In this document: positions 38,919 through 52,525 of the stretch, in pieces
Layout: each line of letters begins with the position of its first letter
Position numbering within the stretch: position 1 is the stretch's first letter
Source: Podarcis pityusensis
Taxonomy: Eukaryota
DNA length: 64,000 nt
NCBI GenBank assembly: GCA_964106645.2
Contig: OZ067041.1
Reading direction: 5' to 3' (one strand)
Position numbers and translations under genes: made by a program
Notes under the pieces: generated by a model
What the model saw: only the letters and a program-made list of their open reading frames with translations
The model's database searches: none
What the model was told of the DNA's origin: nothing

Positions 38919-39143
38919 CAGTGGTACCTCGGGTTACATACGCTTCAGGTTACAGGCTCCGTTAACCCAGAAATATTACCTCGGGTTAAGAACTTTGCTT
39001 CAGGATGAGAACAGGACACTGTGGCGGTGGTGCGGCAGCAGCAGGAGGCCCCATTAGCTAAAGTGGTGCTTCAGGTTAAGAACAGTTTCAGGTTAAGAAC
39101 GGACCTCCGGAACTAATTAAGTACTTAATCCGAGGTACCACTG
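38919..39143. mobile_element. Tc1/mariner-type MITE, copy 3
   Basis: TA|CAGTGGTACCTCGG...CCGAGGTACCACTG|TA. Confidence 0.92.
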
Positions 39144-39203
39144 TACGTAGATGTTAAAGCATTCAGCTCCAAAAAGCTGCTGCACAGTCATAGCAATACC
39201 TAC

Positions 39204-39299
39204 TGGGTGATATACAACATTAGTCATAGAGTAGACCATTTGATAACAGTAGATGTCAGTGGGTCTTCTCTGAATATGACTAATGTTGCATATCGCCCA
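39204..39299. repeat. 96 bp palindromic element (25 bp arms, 23/25 match)
   Basis: TGGGTGATATACAACATTAGTCATA ... TATGACTAATGTTGCATATCGCCCA; probably a foldback MITE. Confidence 0.8.
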
Positions 39300-41141
39300 C
39301 TAAGTTTCCCTTGACAAGAAGTGAAAACAAGTTTCTTTCATGTAAACATTTGTCAACTGCAGCTCGTCGTTTGTGTAGCTTAAAAGTTGCGTCGGTCTTA
39401 GTGTGGGTTCTCTGTTGTCTTAAGCAGGGAGAAAGGAAGACAGGTAATGGGAGGGTTGAGCTAAGTCATATAATCAGAAAACCTTCCATTTAGTTATTTG
39501 AAGTGTGTGAACGTTAACATTGTGTGTGTCTTGTTGCTTTTTTTGCAGAAAGCCACTGCAATGTGGTGATCTGTATTGTGTAGTAGAAGCCTGCCCTCTC
39601 CCTCCATATCAGCAAACTGTTCTGTGCACAAATTTTCCATTCATAGGCTTGTCAACTTCCATCAGACCAGTAAAGAATAAAACTATGCCATGAATCAACA
39701 GGGCCAGCTGGTGTGGCAGCACCGTAGTTCTGAACTCCTGCCAGCACTGCTGCTTGCTGCTTGCTGCTTACTAGGGTGATGTGGGAGCTGGGCAGTGGTG
39801 ACGCCAACGCAGCCTGGCCATATTGGTGGAGCCAATCTAGTGCCCCAACAGCTGCCCATTACCTTTTAAAATTGGGGGTGATTTGTTCTTGATTTTGGCT
39901 GTATTCTTCCCACCATTAGAATGGAAGAAGTACCTGCTAATTTCTAATGATTTCAGCAGCAGTAAGTGTGCAATGAACAAAAAGATTGGAGGGTTTGTCG
40001 CTTCAGTGTATCTAAACCTCTTCAGATGTGAGAACCTATTACTTCTCCCTTTCCACAAACTTGCTAATAGAAAAATGGGTGTTCTTTAGAGTGTGTGTAA
40101 CTTTGTGGGGGCGGGTCTGCCATGGCTGGTAAACTGAGTCAATAAGAGATGTTAATTACAAGTTGCTATCCCATAATAGGTTGGCCACAAATTCATATAT
40201 TCATCTATAAAATCCAGATCTACAGGCAATGATTTGCGTGCTTCCAATTGACGTGCAACCTCGCATTGCAGTGACCTGAAAGTGCCTGGGGAAAGGGGGC
40301 AGGCAGGAACGTAACCCCTGTGTAAACCAGTTGTTGCCTGTATTTGATAAACACTGTTAATCCAGCATAGAACAAGGTTGGGGAGCACTTGGCTGGTCTA
40401 AGACTCTTGAAGAGAGTCTTCTCTTCTCAGCTGTGCTCAGCAGAGTTCAGGTAGTTGAAGAATGCATCCTAGGCTTCCTTCTGAACCTGGAGACCTGATG
40501 CCCCATTCTGCTTGCTCCTCCTCCTCCGTTTTGTGGCTTCCTTCAGTTTCAGTAAATGCTTGTGCTTCAGTGCACTCCCCATGAGCCCTGAAAACTCAAA
40601 AGTCCTGTTCAGTTAAAAGGAAAGCAGTTGCAGGCTGTCTATTCCCCCAGCTGATACAGTGGGTGGAGGGGCAATTCATACACATCCTCATCAAGCAGTA
40701 GGGTGAAGGGAAGAGCTGTCTTTTTGAAAGGCAGCTGGAGCCCAAGAAACTAATGGTGTGAGGAAGGAAGGGAAGGGCAAATCAGGGTGTGAATAAAAGA
40801 AGGAAGGACACAAAAAGGTCTCTCAACATGGAGGTTGATTGGGTGCATATCATGCTGCGGGGGAGGCAAACATCTGTTTTGTGAAGGGAGCACCATGTTG
40901 CTGTGATCCTGCGGGTGCAGATGTGAGGACGAATTCTGTTGGAATGGGTTATCTAGGAACACAATTCAGGTTATTTACTCCACTGCAACTGTTCTTGTAT
41001 GCATGCAAGTGTCAAGTTTTATGTAAGATTGAGCGTAACTTGACACTTTACGTTATCCAGCAGTGGCATTTTTTTCTTCCAAGTTGACATTTACTCCCTG
41101 CTATGATGCCTCATTCTTCAAGGCACCATTGTTTCAAAGGC

Positions 41142-41221
41142 ACTGAAATCTTTGGGATGTTGTTGTTACTAAAATTATTTTTTATTATTGACAACACCAA
41201 CAACATCTCAAAGATTTCAGT
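41142..41221. repeat. 80 bp inverted repeat (24 bp arms)
   Basis: ACTGAAATCTTTGGGATGTTGTTG / CAACAACATCTCAAAGATTTCAGT, one mismatch (G-U pair in + strand RNA). Confidence 0.9.
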
Positions 41222-41914
41222 AGTTGCTATTACTATTATTATTTATTATTGAGTGGTTTCTCTAAAAAAAAGGAGTGGCCAAAACAAAATCAGAGTGGAA
41301 TTCAAACTCAATGAACACCAGGCAGTATAAACAGTTTTTATAGCCTGCCTAAAACTAGGGAATGAGTGCCACAAATAGGATGCACCAATCTAGGCTCTCT
41401 GGAGGATGGAACGTACAACAGGGTCCCTGAAAATGAAAATGGGCATTGTATGTTTTCTGTTATTTTCATTTGCTTTTGCAAAAGGTGAGAGGGGTGGAGT
41501 ATCTGCACTTTTAGGTTTGCTGAACTAACAGGATTTTATCAGTTCTTTAAAATTTGCAGTATTTAGAACACCTGTGTGAAAGAAACAAATAGTTGATAAA
41601 ATTGATTACACTATGTCTTGGAGCCAGATTACATATTGCTGTTGCCAGGGGATTGGCATCCTGTGGCAAGGTTTTCATTTCCTGCGGCTATTAGATTCAG
41701 ATGTACTCACTGCATCAATCAGGGCCATCAGGAGAATTTCCCTGCTTCTGCTCCACGCAATTGGTGGCCATTGAAGGGGGAGGGGCAGGACAACTCACTA
41801 CCTGATTATCTTGATGCACATAGTAAATACTATCAAATGTTATCTCTGCAGGGAGGCAAAGGTGCCATAGGGTTGTTGATCCCCACAGTGACTGTCCTAT
41901 ATAGCTCGGTTCTT

Positions 41915-42682
41915 TCTTCTTCTTCTTCTTTTTTTCTTTTTTTTTTTAATAAGTTTTTATTGTTAAAATAGTTCATCATTAATACACATATACAAGCATA
42001 CAAACATACATTTCATACAATCCTTAAAAGTGTTCAAACATACTTACACTCAATCCCACAAATAATTCCTTTCCCCATCACCATCCACCACCCCTCACCC
42101 CACCTTTGTGTTTGACTTCCTATCTACTCAATTACAATTTCTTTCCACTTCTATTACTTTCTTTCACACACCTTTAGCCTAATTTCATACTTCTTTTTCT
42201 ATTACACATTGTTGTCCATCTTATTTGATATTTCAGTATTTGAAACGGAACTTGTTTATTCTAATAGGAGTTCTGATTTTTTGATATGATTTTGCAAGTA
42301 TCTTTTAAACACCTTCCAGTCCCTATCTATCTTTTCTTTTGAAATCCTTCCAATTTCTTCCATTGTTTTGGATATATTGTACTACTCCAAAAATTTGGCA
42401 AGCCACTCTGTTTTTGTCGGTATTATACCACTTTTCCAGTTTTTCGCAATCAATAGCCTTGCTGCTACTGTTGCGTATAAATATAAGGTCTTATCTTCTT
42501 CCTTTAGGCTTCCTGGTACTATTCCCAATAGAAAACCTTCTGGTGTTTTCCTAAATGAGTATCTAAACATTTTTTTCATTTCATTATATATTATTTCCCA
42601 AAATTGTTTGATGTTTAAACAATTCCACCATATATGTATCATAGTACCTTTTCCCGTGTTGCATCGCCAGCAGACATCGCTA
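41915..42682 (-). mobile_element. 5'-truncated L1 LINE (ORF2 C-terminal CCHC knuckle, 3' UTR, A-rich tail)
   Basis: Minus-strand CWRCNTGKGTMIHIWWNC...AARLLIAKNWK; AATAAA and A-tail near 41930-41962; 10 bp TSD CTCGGTTCTT at 41905-41914 and 42683-42692. Confidence 0.9.
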
Positions 42683-42891
42683 CTCGGTTCTTAACTTCCA
42701 TGTAATGTGATTAACTTCAAGTTACTTTGACGTGGCAGTTTGTGATTTTTGTTTATGTGTGGACTGATAAGGTGTTTACAAAATAAAAGTTTTGTGCACA
42801 TCACAGGGCTTAGCTTTGCAAAAAAGTTTCGACACACAAAGGCTGGAATCTTGTCAATTCTGTTCTGCTTAGGCCTTAGGGAATAGACATA

Positions 42892-43141
42892 CAGTGGTAC
42901 CTCAGAAGTTGAATGGAATCTGTTCTGGAAGTCCATTCGACTTCCAACACGTTTGAAAACCAAAGCACGGCTTCTGATTGGCTGCAGGAAGCTCTTGCAG
43001 CCCACCGGAAGCCACAGAAGCCACATTGGACATTCGGGTTCCAAAGAACATTTGCAAACCAGAACACTTACTTCTGGGTTTGCGGTGTTCAGGAGCCAAA
43101 GCGTTTGACTCACAAGGCATTTGTGAACCAAGGTATGACTG
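42892..43141. mobile_element. Tc1/mariner-type MITE, second family
   Basis: TA|CAGTGGTACCTC...AAGGTATGACTG|TA. Confidence 0.85.
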
Positions 43142-46100
43142 TATTGATTTCAGCAAAACGAAAGAATGAGACTACTGCAGACTAAGCCGTCTGAAGGTGG
43201 TAAAGGAAGGCTGATTGCATAAAGTTTTTAAAAATTAATAAACAAATTAAAACCAATGTGGTAGACGAGATGCTTAAAAGTGCATTTTTCTTTGATGTGG
43301 TGATGTCTATGGTTACTATGCCTGCAAAGCACGGAAAGTTTTCACAGCATCACTACAAAATTTGCCACGTCTATTCACTTTTTGCTCCTTGCAACAGCAG
43401 CTAGTAAAGACAGCTGAGCAGAAAGCCTTTAGCATTAGGTTTTTGGTACTTCAGGGCATTTTGAACCTAAGCACCTGACATTCATCATGCCAATTGGCAT
43501 AAGTACCTGATGTGGTCAGAAAGTTTTCAGGTTCAGCTTTTCCCATGGAGAGTTGCTGTTATTCAGTTGATCAGTGTCTTACATCTAATGTTACCACGTT
43601 TATAGTCAGTCTTGAGAGCCTTAAATCTGGATAACATTTTGATCTTTAGTAGCATAGCTGGGAGCTTAACAAAACATTGCAGTGTGGAGTATTCCTATTC
43701 AGGATTCCAGCCAGCCATGTCTCTCCCAATGGTCTCCATTCTGCCTGTTCCCCAATTTTCTGCCCCTCGCCAGACATTCATTGTTTTGTGGCCATTGAGC
43801 AAGCTCTGTCCTTGTTGGGCTGTTTTGGGTGGTTTTCCATTCCCTTCCTCCCCCGCCCCCTAAATATTTTTTGTTATATGTCCATAAATCTTGGGGCTTC
43901 CACAAGCCTTTTGATACTTCCCTCTTGTGTGTGGATGGTGGTTCTTTTTGGCAACATAAGGACGGGTCCTGAGAGTTCACTATTCTTATGTACAATGTGA
44001 CTTGGAAAAGGGGTTTACACATACAACAGAATGGATTGTACACAGACTATAGTGAGGTGAGGTTTCTTTTTTGAAGGTTTTTCTATGTGTAAAAAGACCC
44101 TCAAATACAACCGTCTACAATTAGAAAACTATAGAGGCCAGTGAGATCCTTTTTCTCTACTGTGTTAGTCCCCCCCCCGTGAGGTGGGGGCATTTACAAA
44201 TGGTAACCTCACTTGCCATCTGAAGTGCTATATTATAGTCCACTTTACCACTTAATTCTGCTGCCTGTTACCTTCTGGATTGGTAGATTTCTTTGCTTTG
44301 CTTTTTTCGTTTATAGATCTGAGATTGGACAGAATGTTCTCAGGCCCTTATGGGAACTGTTAGCTGCCTCCTTTGGGGCTCTTATATACCTATGGCAAAC
44401 TTTTATTATCATTACTTTAAAAAACCCCAAGTTAAAAATAAAAAAATCCTGGTAAAAAGCATTCTTTTCTCCACCTTTCCCCCTCCAAATACCAGCAAAA
44501 CAAAGTTAGATGTGATAGTAAAAGACTGAGTACTGGTGATTTTCCTTATCTCTGACCAAAGTGGAATTAGCTGAGGCCATGAAAGGCTTTGGCATGTCTT
44601 AAGTTCTCCGAGGGAAGGTTCTTGCCAAAGCAGGAAGTCTGTGGAGAAGTAAGATGCCCCATTGGTTCTCAGTGCTGCTAATTATCTGAACAAAGGTGGT
44701 CCTTCCCCCCCCCCTGCCCCGTTTGTGGGCCCACTCCATACATGCAGCCACGTGAGTTATTAGTGAGTGGGGCGGGGAACCTATGAGGTCCGGGTGGTTT
44801 TTAAAAAACTCCATAGGAACCCTTTTTTCAGTGCAGAGTTGTGCTGGCTGAGTAAACCCTTTGGGGAGCCACTTGCTCAAGCATCTTCCAACTAGGATTA
44901 GGTGGTGCTAGAGGCCAGCCACCTGGGTCACTGCAGCAGACCTGAAATGGTGAGAGGGAAAGTCTAGGCTAGGAAGAGATTGCATGTCTGCAGGTAAATG
45001 TCTGTACTTCCCTTCCTTACAGCAAGAGTAGTTGGGCTACTGTGAATTTATATGAGTGGAGTCTTTTGTGGTGTGCATATGGAACTGCCACACTCAGGCA
45101 GAGTCTCATTCAAGCAAGCAAAATGCTGGGGAGGTAGAAGCATCTGCCTGCTCAAGTGCAGCCTAGAACATGCCTAATATAGTGGAAGAAAGGCTGTAAC
45201 ACTTGCCGGCAGTTTGAGTCAAGTTTCGGCAATGCCCAACTCCTAGGTCTGGTTGCTAAGTTTAAATGGTCTGAATAAAAGCTGTGGCTCTCACAGGATT
45301 GGTCAAAGTGTTAATTTCTGTTTTCTAGATTCATCCTTAATAATCAGCTAATTATTTTCATTCTCATAAGTGCGCTCTGAATGTTTTTTCTGGTGCAGTG
45401 GTGCAAAACAAATTACAGCAATGTTCATTGTGCTGCCTGCAGACAGATTGGTGCAAATTTATTTCATTTTAAATAATTTTTATCCATGCATCGACATGTA
45501 CTGAAGCAGACTTAGAATTGAGGCACAGAGAGAAAGTTTCCTAAAACCAATGATTCATCTGACCTCCAGGATATTTCCACTGCATTTGAAAATGCGTAGC
45601 AATTCTCTACCGGTGAATTGCATAATTTTTTTGGGGGGGGGGTGTGGTAGAGGGCCAAACGGTGCCAGGTACATCCAACCTGAAAATGCGAAAACCGAAA
45701 TGAGAAGCAAGCCTCTGTATTCTTTTTTCCAGGGAGTTTAAAAATCAGGAGGAACGGGGAGAGCCATAGCAAAAACTGCTTTGTTGCCAGGGAGACTTGT
45801 AAACGTTGCTATGGAGAGCTTCTTTCCCACAAATATGATAAATTATGGGATGTGTTCAGCAGAGGAATGATTTAAGCAGCCTGGTATATGGATCCATTTG
45901 AAATGGGCATGGCGGCTTAATAGTGCTAAAAGGAAGTGTCATTCGTTCTTTGAGAAATACTATAATTTTTAGGCATCCTGACCCTTTTTAAGGCTTTAGC
46001 TGCTGCAGCATGACCACTGTTGTGCACCAAAGAAACCTAAAGTGGGACAACTAGTGGAACAATGAATCTTCCCCGCAGGCCATGTAGCAAAAGCAGTGAG

Positions 46101-47311
46101 ATCCATAACCCTTTTCCTATTTGTTTTGGAAAGCAGAGTGCTGAAGTATAGGATGATTCCTGTCTGCTGCAAGAAATAAATTAACCAATTAAAAAGCTCT
46201 TGCAAGTACCAAGTACTCATTTGCAGAGGAAGCTCTAGCTGGGTCTCTGCATGATTCACTGCTGTGGACTTGCCTCCTTCCAATCAGCCTCTGCTGATTG
46301 GCAAGTGATCCTCTTGCATCTCTGCTTCAGATGTCATTGGATCTTTCAATCATTCCTCATGCAGAAATTCAGCAGCATTACTCAAGCTCAAGAGGAGGCT
46401 ACCAGTTGCATCTTTGCAAGAGTTGCTGCTCTAAGCTGGCCCTTCTGGTCAAGAAGCACCCCTGACTTCATGACCCTGTTGAGACAAAGGCATAGTTTCC
46501 AGTGAGGGGGATAATTGTTACTCCTGCCTTCAACCTCTAAAGAAGCAAACATTTTTCAGGTGTAAGGGTGATGTATATCAACTTTAATTCAGGAGATAAG
46601 TGTTGTTCAACTACCAGAATGTAAGAAAACATTGGAGTAGATGATTTTAAAATGCACTTGTTGTTTAAAATGAATTTATGAACAGTGGGTATAATGTACG
46701 ACAAGCAGAAGAGAAATGCTTATATCTGTCAGGCTGTTAGGAATTATATTGAGAATGAATCTGTAGCATGTTGGAGATATCTGGATTCCTCAAACCAAAC
46801 TTCTTTATTTTTAACCCAAGAATTTAGGAGATTTGGGTGAGTGGGTGGGAACTAAATTATGATCTTTACATTTGACATTGTGCCTCTGATATTTTCCATT
46901 TATTCTACAATAAGTTCAACCTGTCTAGGAATATTTTTCCAGGGCTGTCATTCTCTTTCTGCTGCTTTATAAGGTTCATGAGGAAGAGACATACACAGAA
47001 GTTGTTCATTCTTTTAGGAGGAACAGACTAATTCAGTGCTTCTCCATTGCTCTGACAGATACTTTTCATTTATCTCATTTTGGGAAGATCAAGGCCATTT
47101 TGGGGAGATTGCTCAGAATGAACAAGACTGTTAAGCACAATGAAAATGCAAAGTGACAAACATTTATTTGTCTTGCATGCTTGCCAGTGATAAAAAAAGC
47201 CAAATCCATGATTTGTTGTGGAGGAAGAAATAAACAAAGGTGGAAACATCCTGCATGTGGCAGAAGTATAGGATAGCTGATAGTTTGTATTCCTTCATGT
47301 AGGGCTTGGAA

Positions 47312-47682
47312 TAGGGATGTATTACTCTGTCAATTTCGATTTCTTATTTTTCCAGTCTTAAATTCTGTTTGGCCAATTTCTGTTGTCATTCATGTGTGTT
47401 TTTTTAATTTGCAAGAAATAAGTTATCTTACTATACACATTTTTTGCAAGCACTTTTCCCATAGGTAATACATTTTTAATGTTATCTTCACTAACGTAAG
47501 CATTTTTCTTTGTGCTTTTCTCAATACACATTTTTGTATGCATATTTTGGTTGGAGAGAGGCACTGTAAAATTCAGAAAAGCATGAAATTTGATGAGTAG
47601 TTGTGCTTTGGTTTTCATATGGATTCAGGAAGTGAAAATTACCGTAGTTTCAAACCAAACAAATATCTCTCCCCTTTCCCTA
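47312..47682. mobile_element. Old hAT-like non-autonomous element
   Basis: TAGGGATG...TCCCTA termini, AT-rich internal subrepeats (TACACATTTTT), degenerate target duplication. Confidence 0.55.
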
Positions 47683-48175
47683 GACTTGGGTAATATATTT
47701 ATTATACCTATTTGATAGATAAGACGTGACTTTCAGTGCATACTCTGATGTAAACCCAATTGAGTTCAATGGGGCTTACTTCTAGGTAAGTGTCATAGGA
47801 TTGCAGTTTGGGTCCCGTTTATTTCCAGTGCAGGTAAGAGTGCATGTGAATGGTGTATAGTCCTAGGGTATTTACTCTGGTGTAAGTTTCCCTGAGAAGT
47901 AACTTCCATTAAATTCAGACCCATAGGAATGTAGTCTAAGTTGGGCTTAGCTGTGACTAACGTAGGCTGGCTTTTGCCAATTGTGATATACTTTTGGATG
48001 AGGACACTGGATAATTTTAGAGTCTGGGTGGTCTAATAACATTTCCTAAAGAAGTTCCCGGGGTCAGAACTAAGCTGAAGAAAGGAAACGTGCCTGCTAC
48101 CATGTTTGAAGAAGATAAAGGACTTCATTTTTATAATGAAGTGAACTTGCTTGTTTCCTGTTCGCATATACTTAA

Positions 48176-48542
48176 AAGGTAAAGGTAAAGGTACCCCTGA
48201 CCATTAGGTCCAGTCGTGAACGACTCTGAGGTTGCAGCGCTCATCTCGTTCTATAAGCCGAGGGAGCCGGCGTTTGTCCGCAGACAGCTTCCGGGTCATG
48301 TGGCTGGCATGACTAAGCTGCTTCTGGCGAAACAAGAGCAGTGCACAGAAACACTGTTTATCATCCTGCTGGAGTGGTACCTATTTATCTACTTGCACTT
48401 TGACATGCTTTCGAACTGCTAGGTGGGCAGGAGCTGGGACCGAACAACGGGAGCTCACCCTGTCGTGGGGATTCAAACCGCCGACCTTCTGATTGGCAAG
48501 CTCTAGGCTCTGTGGTTTAGACCACAGCGTCACCCACGTCCC
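48176..48542 (-). mobile_element. Sauria SINE, full length
   Basis: (AAAGGT)n = reverse (ACCTTT)n tail; tRNA-related head GGGACGTGGGTGACGCTGTGGTCTAAACC on the minus strand; near-TSD TTCGCATATACTTAA / TTCACGTATACTTAA. Confidence 0.92.
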
Positions 48543-49655
48543 TTCACGTATACTTAAGGCAAAGTTAAAAATTATTTGTTGCTCCAAGTATGATAAGTGT
48601 ACTCTGGGCAACAAACAGTCCTTGAAGTAGACTATTTTCATTCTTGCTGTGGAATGCAAGGTCGTATTTTAGTTTCTGTGTTATCATGGTTGGACTGAAG
48701 CTGGAAGATGCATGCAATTTTGTGGTGGTAGATTTGGAATGCAAGAAAGACCTGAAATGGCCTTATCCTGAGGAGTTGTAAGGAAAGCTTGCATAAAACA
48801 CACACATGCAGCAGATGGTTACTTGACTTCACCATCTCTGTAAATTCAGGGTCTCCTTTTTGCCTGATTTTTAGATGTAGGGAATTCCCAGATTGTTAAA
48901 GGAGGGAAATGACCTTGTTGTAGGCTGATATTCCTGTGTGCTTGCTTATCTGTAAGAAGAACTGTCTTTGATTTAAAGCTCCTTCCCTCCCCAAACAGAT
49001 TCTCAGTAGGTAGCAAACTGGTACGGAATGCTAATAAAAAAGTTTAGTGAAGTCATCTTCTATCAGGCTCTTGTGGTAGAGCAGAAACTTTCCCCCTATA
49101 TTTGACTTCTTAGTTGCTGGACTTATCAGTCAGTTGGGTTTTGTTTTGTTTTTAGCCCTGTTTCAATTTCACATAGAGACTGGTTTGTTGACCAAATCCC
49201 TGTGTGCATTCCTGCCCCCCCCCCCGGCCCTTCTGTTACTGCTGATTCTGAACTGCAAGTGTAGCACACATGTGGGCATAATGTGTTTTTTAAAAATCCA
49301 CTGTTGATAGAATGGGGGTTAGGGGTTGGTCCAAACACCTGAACTTGTTTTAGAAACTGGACTTAGGCTCTAACCCAAATCCTAAGTGAGAAGGTGGTGG
49401 CATCAGAGGAAATGGTAGAGAACCTATTCAGCAGATTTTTGTTATGGTTCAGGTCAAAAACAGGTTAACAGCCTGGAGTGTAATCCATCTGAGGTCCACT
49501 GGAGCTCTTGTTATTCAAGGCCCATTGGAACTAATGATGGTTATATGGGAGCTGTGCTTGATGGTTGTATGCCTTAATGTTTCGTTTAAATGGTTGGTCT
49601 ATTGGTTTAAGCTTGGTTTGCAAAATTCTTATGTAACTATGAATTAATACTCCAG

Positions 49656-49892
49656 AACTAAGGCCCGGGGGCCGGATCCGGCCCAATTGCCTTCTAAATC
49701 CAGCCCATGGACGGTCCAGGAATCAGTGTGTTTTTACCTGAGTAGAATGTGTCCTTTTATTTAAAATGCATCTCTGGGTTATTTGTGGGGCATAGGAATT
49801 CGTTCACCCCGCCCCCAAATATAGTCCGCCCCCCCCCAAGGTCTGAGGGACAGTGGACCCAGCCTCCTGCTGAAAAAGTTTGCTGACCCCTG
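49656..49892. mobile_element. hAT-type MITE, left TIR missing
   Basis: GGCCCGGGGGCCGGATCCGGCCC subterminal motif, right end AAAAAGTTTGCTGACCCCTG followed by CTCTAGAG (typical NTCTAGAN target). Confidence 0.8.
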
Positions 49893-51914
49893 CTCTAGAG
49901 TCATATTTCAGGTTTACTTATAATCTTCAAAACAAGGACTTTTCTCTGGGCTAGCAACATCCCAATCCTCTAAATATTTGCAAGAAGCTTGCTAGTATTC
50001 ACTAATGAAGCTTTATACAAAATTAGAGCGAATGCTTTCTTCCAGCACCCAGTCAATAGAGCATCAAATAATAAAGACTATGAAACACCACCAGTCAAGT
50101 CTTTATACCAGAGGAAAAATAAGTTGTAGTATTTTCCTTCTTTCCAAGTTTGCAAATCCAAACGTTTTGTAGATTTGATCCAGTGTTGTGTGCCTTGCTA
50201 ATCATTTTTGAATGCAAACAAATTTCTATACCTCATTTTCTTCATTATCTGTAAGAGATCATCTATTTCAGCAAAATCACACATGCTAAAATAGGAAGTC
50301 TCATGTGTGTCATATTGAGATATACACCCCCTTTAAAAAAAAAATCACACTAAGAACCACCTAGAACTCTGTTAAGGGAAACACCTGTTTAGATTGCTGG
50401 TCATCATGAGTTCATCAAAGCTAATGTTTGGAGCATGATATTGTTCTCTTCACCCTATAATCTCAATACATGTTGAACCCGTCCTATAAACCAGTCCCAG
50501 GCAAAACTTGTTTCAATGTAACTAAAAATATTATGATAGGAGGGTAACCTAGTCCTATTAATCTGCTGTCAGTTTTATCTGCATGTAAATCTAACTCATA
50601 AACTAAATATTGTGTAGATTCTTGTGCTTTGACATCATCAAGTTTCAGTGTAAAAGAGCTGCTCCTGTAAATTGGCTCAGTTTAACCCTCACTGTTTTAT
50701 AATCTTCCTTTGCTGGGTTTCAAAACTCATTTCAGTCTGCTTTTTGAAGTAGCAGGTGTCAGGCAAACTTTTAAGAAGGGGGCTGATGGAAGGAGAAGAT
50801 AAGGCAGGCAGCAAAATGGAAGAGGAGGAAGTTAAGCGGGTGATAAGATTGATGGGATAAATTAGAGGAGGAATGTGCGGGAGGGTGGGAACAAAGGAGA
50901 CCAGAGGCAGATACATGAGAAGAGGGCTCCGGCTGCATCCTTTAAAAAATCCTTATCTACAGAGAAAGATAATGTGGGAAGGGCAAAGAAGCTTTAACAG
51001 GATTGCACAGGGGAAAAAAAAGTTTTAAAAATTTAAAAATTCAAGGTTCAAGGCGTGGGATCCTCCTTATGCATTGTTGATATACAACTTTGATTTTTTT
51101 AGGTCTAGTTCAGAAATGTTTGTCTGTTGGTTGAAGACTGTGGTTTTTGTTATATTGTATATATCCTTGACTAAGGTTAAGCATAACCTTGAGGATACAA
51201 AATGTCAGCCAGGTTTTCAAGGCCTGCTGCACAAAAGGAGGAAAGTTGTAGACTTTTTGAAGACGAGTGGCATTGCAATATGTTAACTGCACTACTAAAT
51301 CCCTGAATACGTGGATACTGGTGGTGTCATAGGTCAGAGAGGGCCACCTTCAGCGTCAGCCTAATTTCATGCAGGTTGCAGGGGCAGGAAGCAGAGAGAG
51401 TGAGCAAATCAGATTGGCCCTTCTCACTTTTCACTCTGGCCCTCAGTATGTGGCCCCTGATTAATTACTCTCCAGGGAACGTAACTCTCAACAGAAAAGG
51501 GTTTCCCATCCCTGCAATAAGTGTTTCCAGCAGTTCAGGTTATGGTGTATCGTCACACGTCTTTCATTCCCTGGGTTTGCAAATTTGACTTGGAGCTGCT
51601 AGAATTAATTCATGACAACTGGTTATTTTGCATCATGAGAAAAACAATATTTTGCATCATACCTACTTTTCCTAGTGAAATACCAGCAATATTAGTGTAT
51701 GTCTAGTTTTCCTGTTGGTCCTTGATGTAATAATATTCATCCTTACCAAAATCCATAGTTGTGTCTAAACTTTTTCATCTACTTTGTAAATTCTCTTTAC
51801 AAGCACGTACTTGGTGCTACAATTGCTCTGAAGAGATGGAAGCAATTGCGCAAGATGCTCGTTGAGTTAGTGATGTGGTAATCCTTTCTGTTTTTTGTTT
51901 TGTTTTAAATGAAG

Positions 51915-52193
51915 GTGATTTTCATAATACAGAGAGCACCCAGGACCACGGTTTTGAAGTTCCTGAGGAGAAAGGTCCTCCAGCAGACAGTTGTGTGGAG
52001 AGACTTACTGTATATGAAAAGGCCAGCGACCAGTCCGCAGAAGATGTCAACCAGGCCCTGTGCCCCCACCAGGACAGGAAGCGTAAACATTCTGGTGAGA
52101 AAATGCAGAACGATGGAAGCCTTAAAGAAAACTTTGTAGAGGAGCAGGAAGATGAATTTGCATCAAAAGCAAAAAAGAGGAAGAACTCCAAAG
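51915..52193 (+). CDS. BCOR: BCOR exon 7 homologue
   Basis: AAG|(C)DFHNTESTQDHGFEVPEEK...DRKRKHSG...KAKKRKNSK G|GTAAC; 279 nt, phase 1-1; basic NLS-like clusters. Confidence 0.93.
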
Positions 52194-52525
52194 GTAACCC
52201 GGCCAAGTTGGTCACTCTTTAAGGCATGGCTTGTGAAGTGAACACTCTTTGGATTAACCTATGTCCATTTATGACCTGTGTTGTGCCAATCCCAAATCCT
52301 CGCCTGAATTATGTTTGGGTACCTACAAGGTACAAGAATAGTCATTGGACAACGTAATCTTTGGCCAATGCAAATTGCTGTAGTGCATGCAAACCCCTCC
52401 TGAGCTAATCTTTTAAAAATGCATAGTGTGGTGGTGAAGCTGAAACAATCTGCCCCACAAGTGAACTATAGCTTTTGTTTCAAGTTGAGGGCCTTTTGAT
52501 TAATTTTTAGTTATTTTTCCATTAG

